In this document: positions 1 to 7,911 of the stretch, piece by piece
Numbering within the stretch: the first letter of the stretch is position 1
Layout of the letters: each line of letters starts with the position of its first letter
Source: an uncultured Candidatus Saccharibacteria bacterium
GTDB taxonomy: Bacteria > Patescibacteriota > Minisyncoccia > Phycocordibacterales > UBA2100
Assembly (NCBI GenBank): GCA_964399865.1
Contig: CAYNRJ010000002.1
Location: 161,108 to 225,107, forward strand
DNA length: 64,000 nt
Direction of reading: 5' to 3'
The notes under the pieces: model-generated
Database searches by the model: none
Told to the model about the DNA's origin: nothing
The model's input: only the letters and a program-made list of their open reading frames with translations
Translations under genes and position numbers: made by a program

Positions 1-78
1 ATCAGGAATTTGTGGCAGTGCTTCAAGAAGCGAATAGTGTGAGTGGGTATGCAAATGGACGAAGTCGCGCGCGCTCAT
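1..78 (-). CDS. dnaE: DNA polymerase III alpha subunit, N-terminus (partial, runs off window)
   Basis: Manual minus-strand translation from ATG at 78 gives MSARDFVHLHTHSHYSLLEALPQIPD, the PHP-domain start (FVHLHxHSxYSLL) of DnaE; not in ORF track. Confidence 0.85.
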   Translation of the reverse strand, partial: MSARDFVHLHTHSHYSLLEALPQIPD

Positions 79-168
79 CTTCCGATTATACATTCTTTAC
101 AGAGTCGGCATTTCTGAATACAGTGCCGACTGGCTCGTTTGCGGCCAACAGATTGAGGAGCGAGAGGA

Positions 169-366
169 ATGAACACCTCGAAAGATAATGACCCTGCCGG
201 AAAGCAGGACGTTGCGGCTTCGGCTCCGCTCGCGGAGCCCGCGAAACCGGTTTTTCGCGGCCTTCGGAGAGGTAAGTCTCGCAAGAAGGAAAACCTCGAG
301 CATGACCCGTTGCGCTTTGCGGGAGCCGCTCATCGGAGGAGCCGTAAGCGTAAGGGTGGGCAATAG
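169..366 (+). CDS. Small basic hypothetical protein
   Basis: 65 aa ORF with SD-like GAGG upstream and strong hairpin right after. Confidence 0.4.
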   Translation: MNTSKDNDPAGKQDVAASAPLAEPAKPVFRGLRRGKSRKKENLEHDPLRFAGAAHRRSRKRKGGQ

Positions 367-380
367 GCGTCATCCCTTGA

Positions 381-420
381 TTTGCCCATGCCCCCAGTTG
401 TCGGGGCGTGGGCAACGTTT
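381..420 (+). terminator. Intrinsic terminator-like hairpin
   Basis: TTGCCCATGCCCC...GGGGCGTGGGCAA followed by T-tract. Confidence 0.6.
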
Positions 421-442
421 TATTGATACTATAGAGAGGACG

Positions 443-1048
443 ATGCAATACTTTATTGGTATTGATGAGGCAGGACGCGGCGCGCTCGCAGGGCCAATTT
501 CAGTAGGAGCTGTACTTCTCTCCTCAGAATTTAATTGGAAAGAAGCGTTCGCACTTGTCACAAAACGAGGTGAACCAAAACTGCGTGATTCAAAGAAGTT
601 GTCTGCGCAGCAAAGAGATATTTTATATGAGTACATTATTTCTCACGGCTCGCTCAAGCACGCATGCGGACTTGTTGATGCGGAAATTGTAGACAAAATA
701 GGGATCGTGAATGCGGCATACGAAGCAGCAGCGATTGCCATAAAGCAGCTCGAAATTCGACCCGAACGTGTAGAGGTACTCCTTGATGCAGGTCTAAAGG
801 TTAGTTCAGAATGGCGTCAGCAATCTTTCGTTCGAGGAGACGAAACCATCCCAGTTATTGCCCTCGCTTCGATCATTGCGAAAGTCACTCGAGATCGACA
901 TATGGAAGGTTTGCCGGCCAAATATGCCCCATATCATTTCGAGGAGCATAAGGGCTATGGAACCTTGGCCCATCGTCGAAGCATCAAGCAATTAGGTCTT
1001 TCTGAGCTTCATCGCGCCACTTTTTGCACGAGGTTGCAAGCTGCCTGA
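443..1048 (+). CDS. rnhB: Ribonuclease HII
   Basis: GIDEAGRG, LRDSKKL, ASIIAKVTRD, HKGYGT motifs; start moved to ATG 443. Confidence 0.95.
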   Translation: MQYFIGIDEAGRGALAGPISVGAVLLSSEFNWKEAFALVTKRGEPKLRDSKKLSAQQRDILYEYIISHGSLKHACGLVDAEIVDKIGIVNAAYEAAAIAIKQLEIRPERVEVLLDAGLKVSSEWRQQSFVRGDETIPVIALASIIAKVTRDRHMEGLPAKYAPYHFEEHKGYGTLAHRRSIKQLGLSELHRATFCTRLQAA

Positions 1049-1070
1049 ACTTCTGTATAATCTCCCCACT

Positions 1071-1346
1071 ATGGTAGTTCGAATGCGTCGAAATAAGTCG
1101 CAGACCGCCCAGCGGCGTTCTCATCATGCGCTTCTTGGCATGACGACTGGAAAGTGCGAGTGCGGCGCACTCAAGCTTTCTCATCGCGCGTGCCCAGAGT
1201 GTGGCAAGTACAATGGACGCATCGTCATCGACGTCGTTGCTAATGCAAAGCGTGAAGCCCGTCGCACGAAACGCAAACAAACAAATCTCCGTGAGTCAGG
1301 ACAAATAACAGCAGATAGTAAAAAAGAAGAACCTGCGAAATCGTAA
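1071..1346 (+). CDS. rpmF: 50S ribosomal protein L32
   Basis: RRSHHAL, CECG...HRACPECGKYNGR zinc motif. Confidence 0.95.
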   Translation: MVVRMRRNKSQTAQRRSHHALLGMTTGKCECGALKLSHRACPECGKYNGRIVIDVVANAKREARRTKRKQTNLRESGQITADSKKEEPAKS

Positions 1347-1446
1347 ATCGCACTTTGTGCGACCTGCTCTTTTGCCCATGTTCTCCCCAGAAAATAAACA
1401 TCCTCTTCCTCTCAAAGCTGCAGATATCTGTTAGAGTTATCTCAGT

Positions 1447-2355
1447 ATGGCAAACAGACACTTAGCTCGCTCGGTAGTTCTCCAAGTCCTCTTCGAGCGT
1501 GATACGGCAGCTAATAAAATGACGGCGGCAGATATTGAGTCGCGCCTTGCGGACTACGCAAAGGAATTTGGCGCGCGTGATTCGGACCTGCCGTTCATGA
1601 AGCAGCTCGTCGAGACTGCGATCGCAAAACAGAAAGAAATAGACCAGGTCATCGTGAAGGCTGCACCTGAGTGGCCGCTCGAAAAGATCGCCGTAATTGA
1701 TAGAAACGTCCTACGATTGGGCCTCACTGAACTTTTATTTGCGGATCGTGCCCAAGTGCCAGCAAAAGTAGCGATCAACGAGGCGATAGAGCTCGCGAAG
1801 ACATTCGGAAGCAATAGCTCAGGTCGTTTCGTCAACGGCGTATTGGGCGCTGTCTATATTGAGTTGGGAGAGCCTGGAAAAGAGGACGGAGTACCTCGAA
1901 AGAAAGAGGCTCAGAAATCGGGCCCGATGCCTGTCGAGGAATTGGTCGGAGCAGTCGTGTATGCGCGCGAAAAAGGAGAGGTGTATCTCGCGCTCGTGCA
2001 TGACATTTTCGGCCACTGGACCTTATCAAAAGGAAAACTTCTCGAAGGAGAGTCTCAAGAAGACGGCGTGAAGCGCAAAGTTACGGAGGAAGTCGGACTT
2101 GAAGTTACGGTGGATGAAAAACTCGGAGAGAATGAATACATCGCAAATGATAGTGAGAATGGAGGAAAGAAACGTCGCCATGCCTCGTATTACCTCGCTC
2201 GCACGGACTTCCGCGACATTACACTAAAGCGCACGGGAGGTCTCGACGACGCGCAATGGTTTCCACTTGCTGCGGTAGGGGATCTGAACTTTTATGACGA
2301 CATCTTGCCAGTTGTGACACGTGCGATAAACTTGCTCGCTCAGAAGGAGAAGTAA
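1447..2355 (+). CDS. nusB: Transcription antitermination factor NusB fused to C-terminal NUDIX-like domain
   Basis: IDRNVLRLG, VAINEAIELAK, FVNGVL; C-terminal KG-x5-E-x7-KVTEEVG NUDIX-like box. Confidence 0.9.
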   Translation: MANRHLARSVVLQVLFERDTAANKMTAADIESRLADYAKEFGARDSDLPFMKQLVETAIAKQKEIDQVIVKAAPEWPLEKIAVIDRNVLRLGLTELLFADRAQVPAKVAINEAIELAKTFGSNSSGRFVNGVLGAVYIELGEPGKEDGVPRKKEAQKSGPMPVEELVGAVVYAREKGEVYLALVHDIFGHWTLSKGKLLEGESQEDGVKRKVTEEVGLEVTVDEKLGENEYIANDSENGGKKRRHASYYLARTDFRDITLKRTGGLDDAQWFPLAAVGDLNFYDDILPVVTRAINLLAQKEK

Positions 2356-2356
2356 T

Positions 2357-3043
2357 ATGGATTTTGGTACGTTTGAAGGAAAAATTGGATACACGTTCAA
2401 GAATAAAACGCTGCTGGAGCAGGCGTTCACGCACCGTTCATATTTGAATGAAAATCGCGCAGCGGGGCGTGAACATAACGAACGTTTGGAGTTTTTGGGA
2501 GATGCTGTACTTGAGCTTGTTGTCACGGAATTTTTGTACGCAAAATATCCAGATAAACCAGAAGGGGAATTAACTGCGTTCCGCGCTGCGCTCGTGAACA
2601 CTCAAAGTATTTCTGATGCGGGAGGAAAACTCGGCATGAATGAGTACCTGCTTCTTTCTAAGGGCGAATCAAGAGACACGGGGCGTGCTCGACAAATAAT
2701 TCTGGCGAATGCATTTGAAGCACTTATCGGTGCGATTTATTTGGATTCGGAATATTCTGCCGCTAAAGATTTCATCGCGGCCCAACTTTTCCATAAGACA
2801 GATGAAGTGGTTGAGAAACGTCTCTGGCAGGATGCCAAAAGCCGCCTTCAGGAGATCGCTCAAGAAAAGCAGGGCATTACGCCTGCGTACCAGATGCAGA
2901 GTCAGTCAGGTCCGGATCACGACAAGCAGTTCGTCGTCGGTGCATATATTGGAACCGAAAAATTAGCGACCGGCGAAGGTCGCTCGAAGCAAGAAGCCGA
3001 ACAAGATGCGGCGCAGAAGGCCCTGATCGCCAAAGGCTGGTAA
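2357..3043 (+). CDS. rnc: Ribonuclease III
   Basis: NERLEFLGDAVL signature, C-terminal dsRBD. Confidence 0.97.
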   Translation: MDFGTFEGKIGYTFKNKTLLEQAFTHRSYLNENRAAGREHNERLEFLGDAVLELVVTEFLYAKYPDKPEGELTAFRAALVNTQSISDAGGKLGMNEYLLLSKGESRDTGRARQIILANAFEALIGAIYLDSEYSAAKDFIAAQLFHKTDEVVEKRLWQDAKSRLQEIAQEKQGITPAYQMQSQSGPDHDKQFVVGAYIGTEKLATGEGRSKQEAEQDAAQKALIAKGW

Positions 3044-3106
3044 AGCCGATTCTTTTTGATACGTTTCTTGCAGGATTGCGCCGCAATCCTTTCAGAGAGG
3101 TGCTCT

Positions 3107-3265
3107 ATGAAAAGGAGTTGGAACGCGCGTAAGCGCCTGAAGTCTCGTACAAGGCAGAGCGATTTGACCCACCGCACCCGAAAGGGAACGAAGCTTCCCG
3201 GCGCCCGAGAAGCGATCAGGATGACCTGGATATTGCTCGCGCTTGAAGCGAATCTCCGCGACTAG
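3107..3265 (+). CDS. Small basic hypothetical protein (52 aa)
   Basis: GAGAGG SD, ATG 3107, followed by GGGCCGGAC...GTCCGGCCC hairpin. Confidence 0.35.
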   Translation: MKRSWNARKRLKSRTRQSDLTHRTRKGTKLPGAREAIRMTWILLALEANLRD

Positions 3266-3325
3266 TGCGGTTCTGGGCCGGACCCGCGCGTCCGGCCCGC
3301 AATCTTTTTGATACAATGGATACCA

Positions 3326-5530
3326 ATGTACTTGAAGAGTATAGAACTCTCGGGTTTTAAATCGTTCGGCAAAAAGACCGAGCTTCGTTTCGGTACGCCG
3401 ATCGCCTCCATCGTTGGTCCAAATGGCTCAGGGAAGTCGAACGTGGCGGAGGCTTTTCGATTCGTCCTCGGCGAGCAGTCGATGAAAGCGATGCGTGGAA
3501 AACGTGGCGAAGATTTGATCTGGGGCGGCTCGCCTGCTCTTCCTCGTGCGAATCGCGGGGCGGTGAAAGTAACTTTTGATAATTCAAAACGACTTCTCGA
3601 TCTCGACTTTAAAGAAGTCGTCATTGAACGCGTCGTCTTTCGTGACGGACAGAACGAATATCTTTTGAATGGTACGCAGGTGCGCCTAAAAGACGTCATT
3701 CGCCTTCTTGCGGGTGCAAATATCGGAGGCTCTGGATACCAGATTATCTCTCAGGGCGAGGCGGATCGCATTTTGAACGCATCTCCGAAAGAGCGTCGAG
3801 AAATGGTGGAAGATGCGCTTGGCCTCAAGCTCTATCAGCACAAAAAGGCAGAAAGTGAGAGAAAGCTTGAAGAGACAGGAATAAATATAGAGAAGACCAA
3901 GTCCCTTCGAAGGGAAATTGCACCGCACTTAAATTTCCTTCGCACACAGGTGGAAAAACTAGAGAAAGCGCGAGAACAAAAAGAAGATCTCGCCGTGAAA
4001 TTGAATGAATATCTTGCCCGAGAATATGCATGGATAAGTCAGGAAGATGCGAGACTTCTTTCTGAAGCCAGGGCCGAAGAAGGGGAATTAAAAACGCTCT
4101 CTAGTCGCGTGGAAGATGCACGAGGAAAGGGAAAACACGGAAGTGGTGCGGAAATACGAGAATTGCAGGAGAGAATCGCAGAGCGCGAGAGAAAGCTCTC
4201 TGACGCTCGAAGAAAAAGCGAAGAACTTGCACGTGAGCTTGGAAGAGCGGAAGGAGCTGCAGAGGCAACGAATGTGACCGTGGAGCAGATGGTAGCAGTA
4301 CCTCATGTACGCACTTTCACACGCGAGATCGACGAGAGTCTCGAATCAGCAGAAAGTACAGAGGACATCAGTTCGGTCCGGAAGATCATTTCGGGTGCGA
4401 GAAGTCGGATCAAAACTTTCCTAGACAATCTCACCAGTACTGCACCGCACACTAATCAGGAAGTAAAAGAGAGAGTGCAATCCCTCACGGATTCCCTATC
4501 ACGCGTCCAAAAAGAAGAGACCTCGCTAGCTGCAGAACTTGAGACATTTAGGAAGAAAATCGCCGAAGTGCGTGAACAAGGCTTTACCGCCGAGCGTGAT
4601 CTTGTTGAATTGGAGGCCGCGGTGCGCGAAGCGCAAGGGAAACTCTCATCGGTGCAATCAGCGCGCGCGAATATCGCTGATGCTCGTCGGCGATTCGAGG
4701 AAGAAGTGCGGGAAGGTGTGGCACTCGGCGCGACACTTCAGGATTGGAAAAATACGGAGATACCGGAAGGTGCACTTTCAGAGGAGCGTTCTGTGCAGGA
4801 AAAACGCCGTCGCGAGATCGAGCGCCTAAAGATCAAAATAGAGGAATCAGGTCTTGGAAACGGCGACGCTATCGTAAAAGAATTCACACAGACAAAAGAG
4901 CGTGAAGAATTCCTTACTCGAGAACTCGCAGACTTGGAGAAATCAGCCGCATCACTCAAAGACATCATCGCAGAATTGGAGAAAACGATAGACGCACGTT
5001 TCCATGATGGTCTGAAGCACATAAACGAAGCTCTCAAAAATTTCTTTGAAAAGTTATTTGGCGGCGGGAGTGCAAAACTCATGGTGGAACAACCTAGGCG
5101 TCTAAATCGCAGTACTGCGGACGAGGACATGGACGATGAGGTAGAGGATGAAATGCCCGAAGAAGAGGAGTTGTATGCCGGGCTTTCAATTGACGTCTCA
5201 ATTCCTCGCAAGAAGATCCGCGGGCTAGAGGTACTTTCGGGTGGTGAAAGAGCGCTTACCTCGATTGCTCTTATCTTTTCAATGACTCAGGTAAATCCCC
5301 CACCATTCCTAATTTTGGACGAGACGGACGCCGCGCTCGATGAAGCCAACAGCCGCCGTTATGCCGATATGATTCGCGAATTAGGAGCGAAGTCCCAGCT
5401 TATCGTTATCACACACAACCGCTCGACGATGGCAGCGGCTGGGGAGCTCTATGGGGTCACAATGGGAAGCGACGGAGTATCAAAACTTTTGTCAGTGAAA
5501 TTAGAGGAAGCAGAGAGGGTTGCGAAATAG
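3326..5530 (+). CDS. smc: SMC-family ATPase, short, no recognisable hinge
   Basis: GFKSF, Walker A GPNGSGKSN, LSGGE signature, ILDE-x-DAALD; coiled coils. Confidence 0.9.
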   Translation: MYLKSIELSGFKSFGKKTELRFGTPIASIVGPNGSGKSNVAEAFRFVLGEQSMKAMRGKRGEDLIWGGSPALPRANRGAVKVTFDNSKRLLDLDFKEVVIERVVFRDGQNEYLLNGTQVRLKDVIRLLAGANIGGSGYQIISQGEADRILNASPKERREMVEDALGLKLYQHKKAESERKLEETGINIEKTKSLRREIAPHLNFLRTQVEKLEKAREQKEDLAVKLNEYLAREYAWISQEDARLLSEARAEEGELKTLSSRVEDARGKGKHGSGAEIRELQERIAERERKLSDARRKSEELARELGRAEGAAEATNVTVEQMVAVPHVRTFTREIDESLESAESTEDISSVRKIISGARSRIKTFLDNLTSTAPHTNQEVKERVQSLTDSLSRVQKEETSLAAELETFRKKIAEVREQGFTAERDLVELEAAVREAQGKLSSVQSARANIADARRRFEEEVREGVALGATLQDWKNTEIPEGALSEERSVQEKRRREIERLKIKIEESGLGNGDAIVKEFTQTKEREEFLTRELADLEKSAASLKDIIAELEKTIDARFHDGLKHINEALKNFFEKLFGGGSAKLMVEQPRRLNRSTADEDMDDEVEDEMPEEEELYAGLSIDVSIPRKKIRGLEVLSGGERALTSIALIFSMTQVNPPPFLILDETDAALDEANSRRYADMIRELGAKSQLIVITHNRSTMAAAGELYGVTMGSDGVSKLLSVKLEEAERVAK

Positions 5531-5609
5531 CGCAAAAGGCGCTTGGATTATGTTGGGCTCGGTCTGTAGAGGCGCACACCTGCGGCTCGCCGACTAGATG
5601 GAGATCGCA

Positions 5610-6059
5610 ATGTACATTGATCAGGTGACTTCGACGTTTACGGCGCTCATGATGTTCATCGTGACTGCTCTTGGGTGGGTGATTGTAATTGTTTCAAGGC
5701 GAGAGGCTGTAGACGGGGCGATGTCATTTATCGGATTGCTGAGTGGAATTTTCACTGCAGTCGCCGTCAGTCAGATCTTCGTGGCGGAGTGGTTCCCTAC
5801 GCAATTCCTATGGGCGCTCGCCTCAATTTCAAATGCCCTGCTTTTTTTGTCGAGTATTCGACTCGTCATATTTCTCGATTCGAAGCGGGGAGAGAAGTAT
5901 CGCGAAGAAGTAAGGGCTCGACACGAGTTTGATCGCAGGGCGAGGGAAGGTTCCGCAGACTTCGCTCGGCGTGCGGAGGCAACAGCTCCCGCCTTCGTCG
6001 AGATGATGGCGGAAACGAGAAGTAGGCCGCTTCCGCCTGAACGCCTGAAGAAGCCGTAA
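5610..6059 (+). CDS. Hypothetical membrane protein (3 TM)
   Basis: Hydrophobic segments; GGAG SD before ATG 5610; downstream hairpin ~6091-6125. Confidence 0.6.
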   Translation: MYIDQVTSTFTALMMFIVTALGWVIVIVSRREAVDGAMSFIGLLSGIFTAVAVSQIFVAEWFPTQFLWALASISNALLFLSSIRLVIFLDSKRGEKYREEVRARHEFDRRAREGSADFARRAEATAPAFVEMMAETRSRPLPPERLKKP

Positions 6060-6158
6060 CCAGACCCACCGCCTTCGGCGAGGAACACTTGGGCCGGCGG
6101 GGACAGCCTCCCCGCCGGCTTTGATTTTTGGGGGATTTCTGGTAGAGTACCGCGACAT

Positions 6159-6563
6159 ATGTTGAAGATCCGAATGCAGAGAACTGGGCGCATAAATATG
6201 CCCTCTTTTCGCGTAATAGTTACCGAACACGCCCGTAGCGCTAAGACGGGTAATTTCGTTGAGAAAGTTGGTACATACAATCCAAAAACAAAAGAACGAA
6301 ATCTTGATATCGAGCGGATCAAGTACTGGATGTCAGTTGGCGCACAGCCGTCAGCAACTCTCCACAACATGCTCATCACTTTGGGCGCTATAAAGGGTAA
6401 GAAAATAAACGTTCTTCCTAAAAAGACTCCACCTAAGAAAGAGGAGGTAGCGGGAGAGGCTGCAGCTCCCGCAGCAGCAGAACCAGCTGCCGAGAAGGCC
6501 CCAGAAGCAGCTCCAGCTGAAGTAAGCACAGGAAGTGGAGAAGAGGTAAAGGCAGCAGCGTAG
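6159..6563 (+). CDS. rpsP: 30S ribosomal protein S16
   Basis: MLKIRMQRTGR...VGTYNP...YWMSVGAQPS. Confidence 0.97.
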   Translation: MLKIRMQRTGRINMPSFRVIVTEHARSAKTGNFVEKVGTYNPKTKERNLDIERIKYWMSVGAQPSATLHNMLITLGAIKGKKINVLPKKTPPKKEEVAGEAAAPAAAEPAAEKAPEAAPAEVSTGSGEEVKAAA

Positions 6564-6606
6564 GTCTGGTATACTCTAAGGAATTAGCCGAGCTAGCAAT
6601 ACTGAC

Positions 6607-6945
6607 ATGGAACAAGATCAGCAATTTCTCGAATACGTTGTTAAGGCATTGGTAGATCATCCGAACGATATAAAAATAAATCGTACGGTCGACGAAATGG
6701 GTGTACTCCTCACGCTCTCTGTCCATCAAGATGATATGGGTAAGGTCATCGGACGCTCAGGTCAGACGGCAAAGGCTATCCGCACCGTCCTCCGTGTTGT
6801 CGGGATGAAAAATGACGCCCGCGTCAATTTGAAGATCGAAGAACCAGAAGGTAGTGAGAGAAGCATGGAGCGAAGCGCCCCAGCTACTCCATATCAGCGC
6901 GATACGACCGTTGACGACGTCATCAAAGACTTGAAGGGAGAATAG
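6607..6945 (+). CDS. khpA: KH-domain RNA-binding protein KhpA
   Basis: DMGKVIGRSGQTAKAIR; position after rpsP. Confidence 0.9.
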   Translation: MEQDQQFLEYVVKALVDHPNDIKINRTVDEMGVLLTLSVHQDDMGKVIGRSGQTAKAIRTVLRVVGMKNDARVNLKIEEPEGSERSMERSAPATPYQRDTTVDDVIKDLKGE

Positions 6946-6954
6946 GGGTCGCTC

Positions 6955-7053
6955 AGTGGAATGCGTTCTTTTCCGTCGCTATCTGCCGCTGCTGCGGCAG
7001 CGCTCGGTCTCGGCGTCGCCACGCCTGCGAAGCCGGAAAAGAGCGCACACCAC
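6955..7053. repeat. Structured intergenic repeat, copy 1 (core 6975-7029)
   Basis: 55-bp core near-identical to 14825-14879, inside an inverted-repeat stem. Confidence 0.85.
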
Positions 7054-7079
7054 CTCGCTTGAAGGTTGGCCAAAATCAT

Positions 7080-7727
7080 ATGATCCACTTTCACATAGTC
7101 ACTCTATTTCAGGACTCAATTGAGCCCTATTTAAAGAGCTCGATACTAGGACGTGCGCAGGAGAGTAAGAAGATAAAGGTCACCTCGTACGATCCGAAGA
7201 AGTTCACGCGCGATAAGTATGGTCGCGTGGACCGTCGTCCATACGGTGGGGGACCTGGAATGGTGCTCGAGCCGGACGGCATGCTCCGTGCTATTGAAAA
7301 AGCAAAAGGGAAAAGAAAAGCGGAAGTGATATTTTTTTCTACTGATGGGAAACTTTTCGATGAGGAGATGGCGAAGAAACTTTCCAAGAAGAAAGATATT
7401 GTGCTTATCTGCGGACACTACGAAGGTGTAGATGAAAGAGTGGCCAAGGTTTCGAAAGCAAAGAAAGTCTCGATGGGCCCGTATGTCTTAACGGGAGGCG
7501 AGCTTCCGGCCGCGACCCTTATTGATGCTGTCTCACGCTTCGTGCCCGGTGTTTTAGGCAAAGCAGAATCCCTGGAAGCTTCCCGTGTCTCAAGTCCCGA
7601 GGTGTACACGCGCCCGGAGGTCCTCGTCTGGAAAGGGAAGAAATACCGTGTGCCGAAGGTCCTTTTGACTGGCCACCACGCTAAAATAGAGGAGTGGAAA
7701 AAGGCTAAAAGGGCCTCGTTGACATAA
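7080..7727 (+). CDS. trmD: tRNA (guanine-N1)-methyltransferase
   Basis: PYGGGPGMV, CGHYEGVDER, YVLTGGE. Confidence 0.97.
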   Translation: MIHFHIVTLFQDSIEPYLKSSILGRAQESKKIKVTSYDPKKFTRDKYGRVDRRPYGGGPGMVLEPDGMLRAIEKAKGKRKAEVIFFSTDGKLFDEEMAKKLSKKKDIVLICGHYEGVDERVAKVSKAKKVSMGPYVLTGGELPAATLIDAVSRFVPGVLGKAESLEASRVSSPEVYTRPEVLVWKGKKYRVPKVLLTGHHAKIEEWKKAKRASLT

Positions 7728-7746
7728 ATAGCTCGTTTGGTATACT
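7719..7746 (+). promoter_or_regulatory. Sigma70 promoter for rpoBC
   Basis: TTGACA (7719-24), 16-nt spacer, TATACT (7741-46). Confidence 0.75.
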
Positions 7747-7911
7747 CCTCGCACATTTGCCTGTAGCTGATTGAGTCATTGTTGCGCTTTCAAGCAATGA
7801 AGTTTACCGAAAGGTGACTTTGCATCGAGAGATGCGTTTTAATAAAAAAACTTAATAAAAGGAGAACACACATACGGCAGAGGAGTGCCGCATGGGTGCC
7901 TTGTTGTAACA

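Noticed and set aside
3050-3305. Housekeeping ncRNA (RNase P, tmRNA or SRP) between rnc and smc
   Set aside because: No conserved signature sequences; better explained by a small SD-led ORF flanked by hairpins
5771-6529. Long antisense ORFs from the six-frame track (also 9255-9830, 28558-29181, 51612-52241)
   Set aside because: Shadow ORFs opposite well-supported genes, with no motifs of their own
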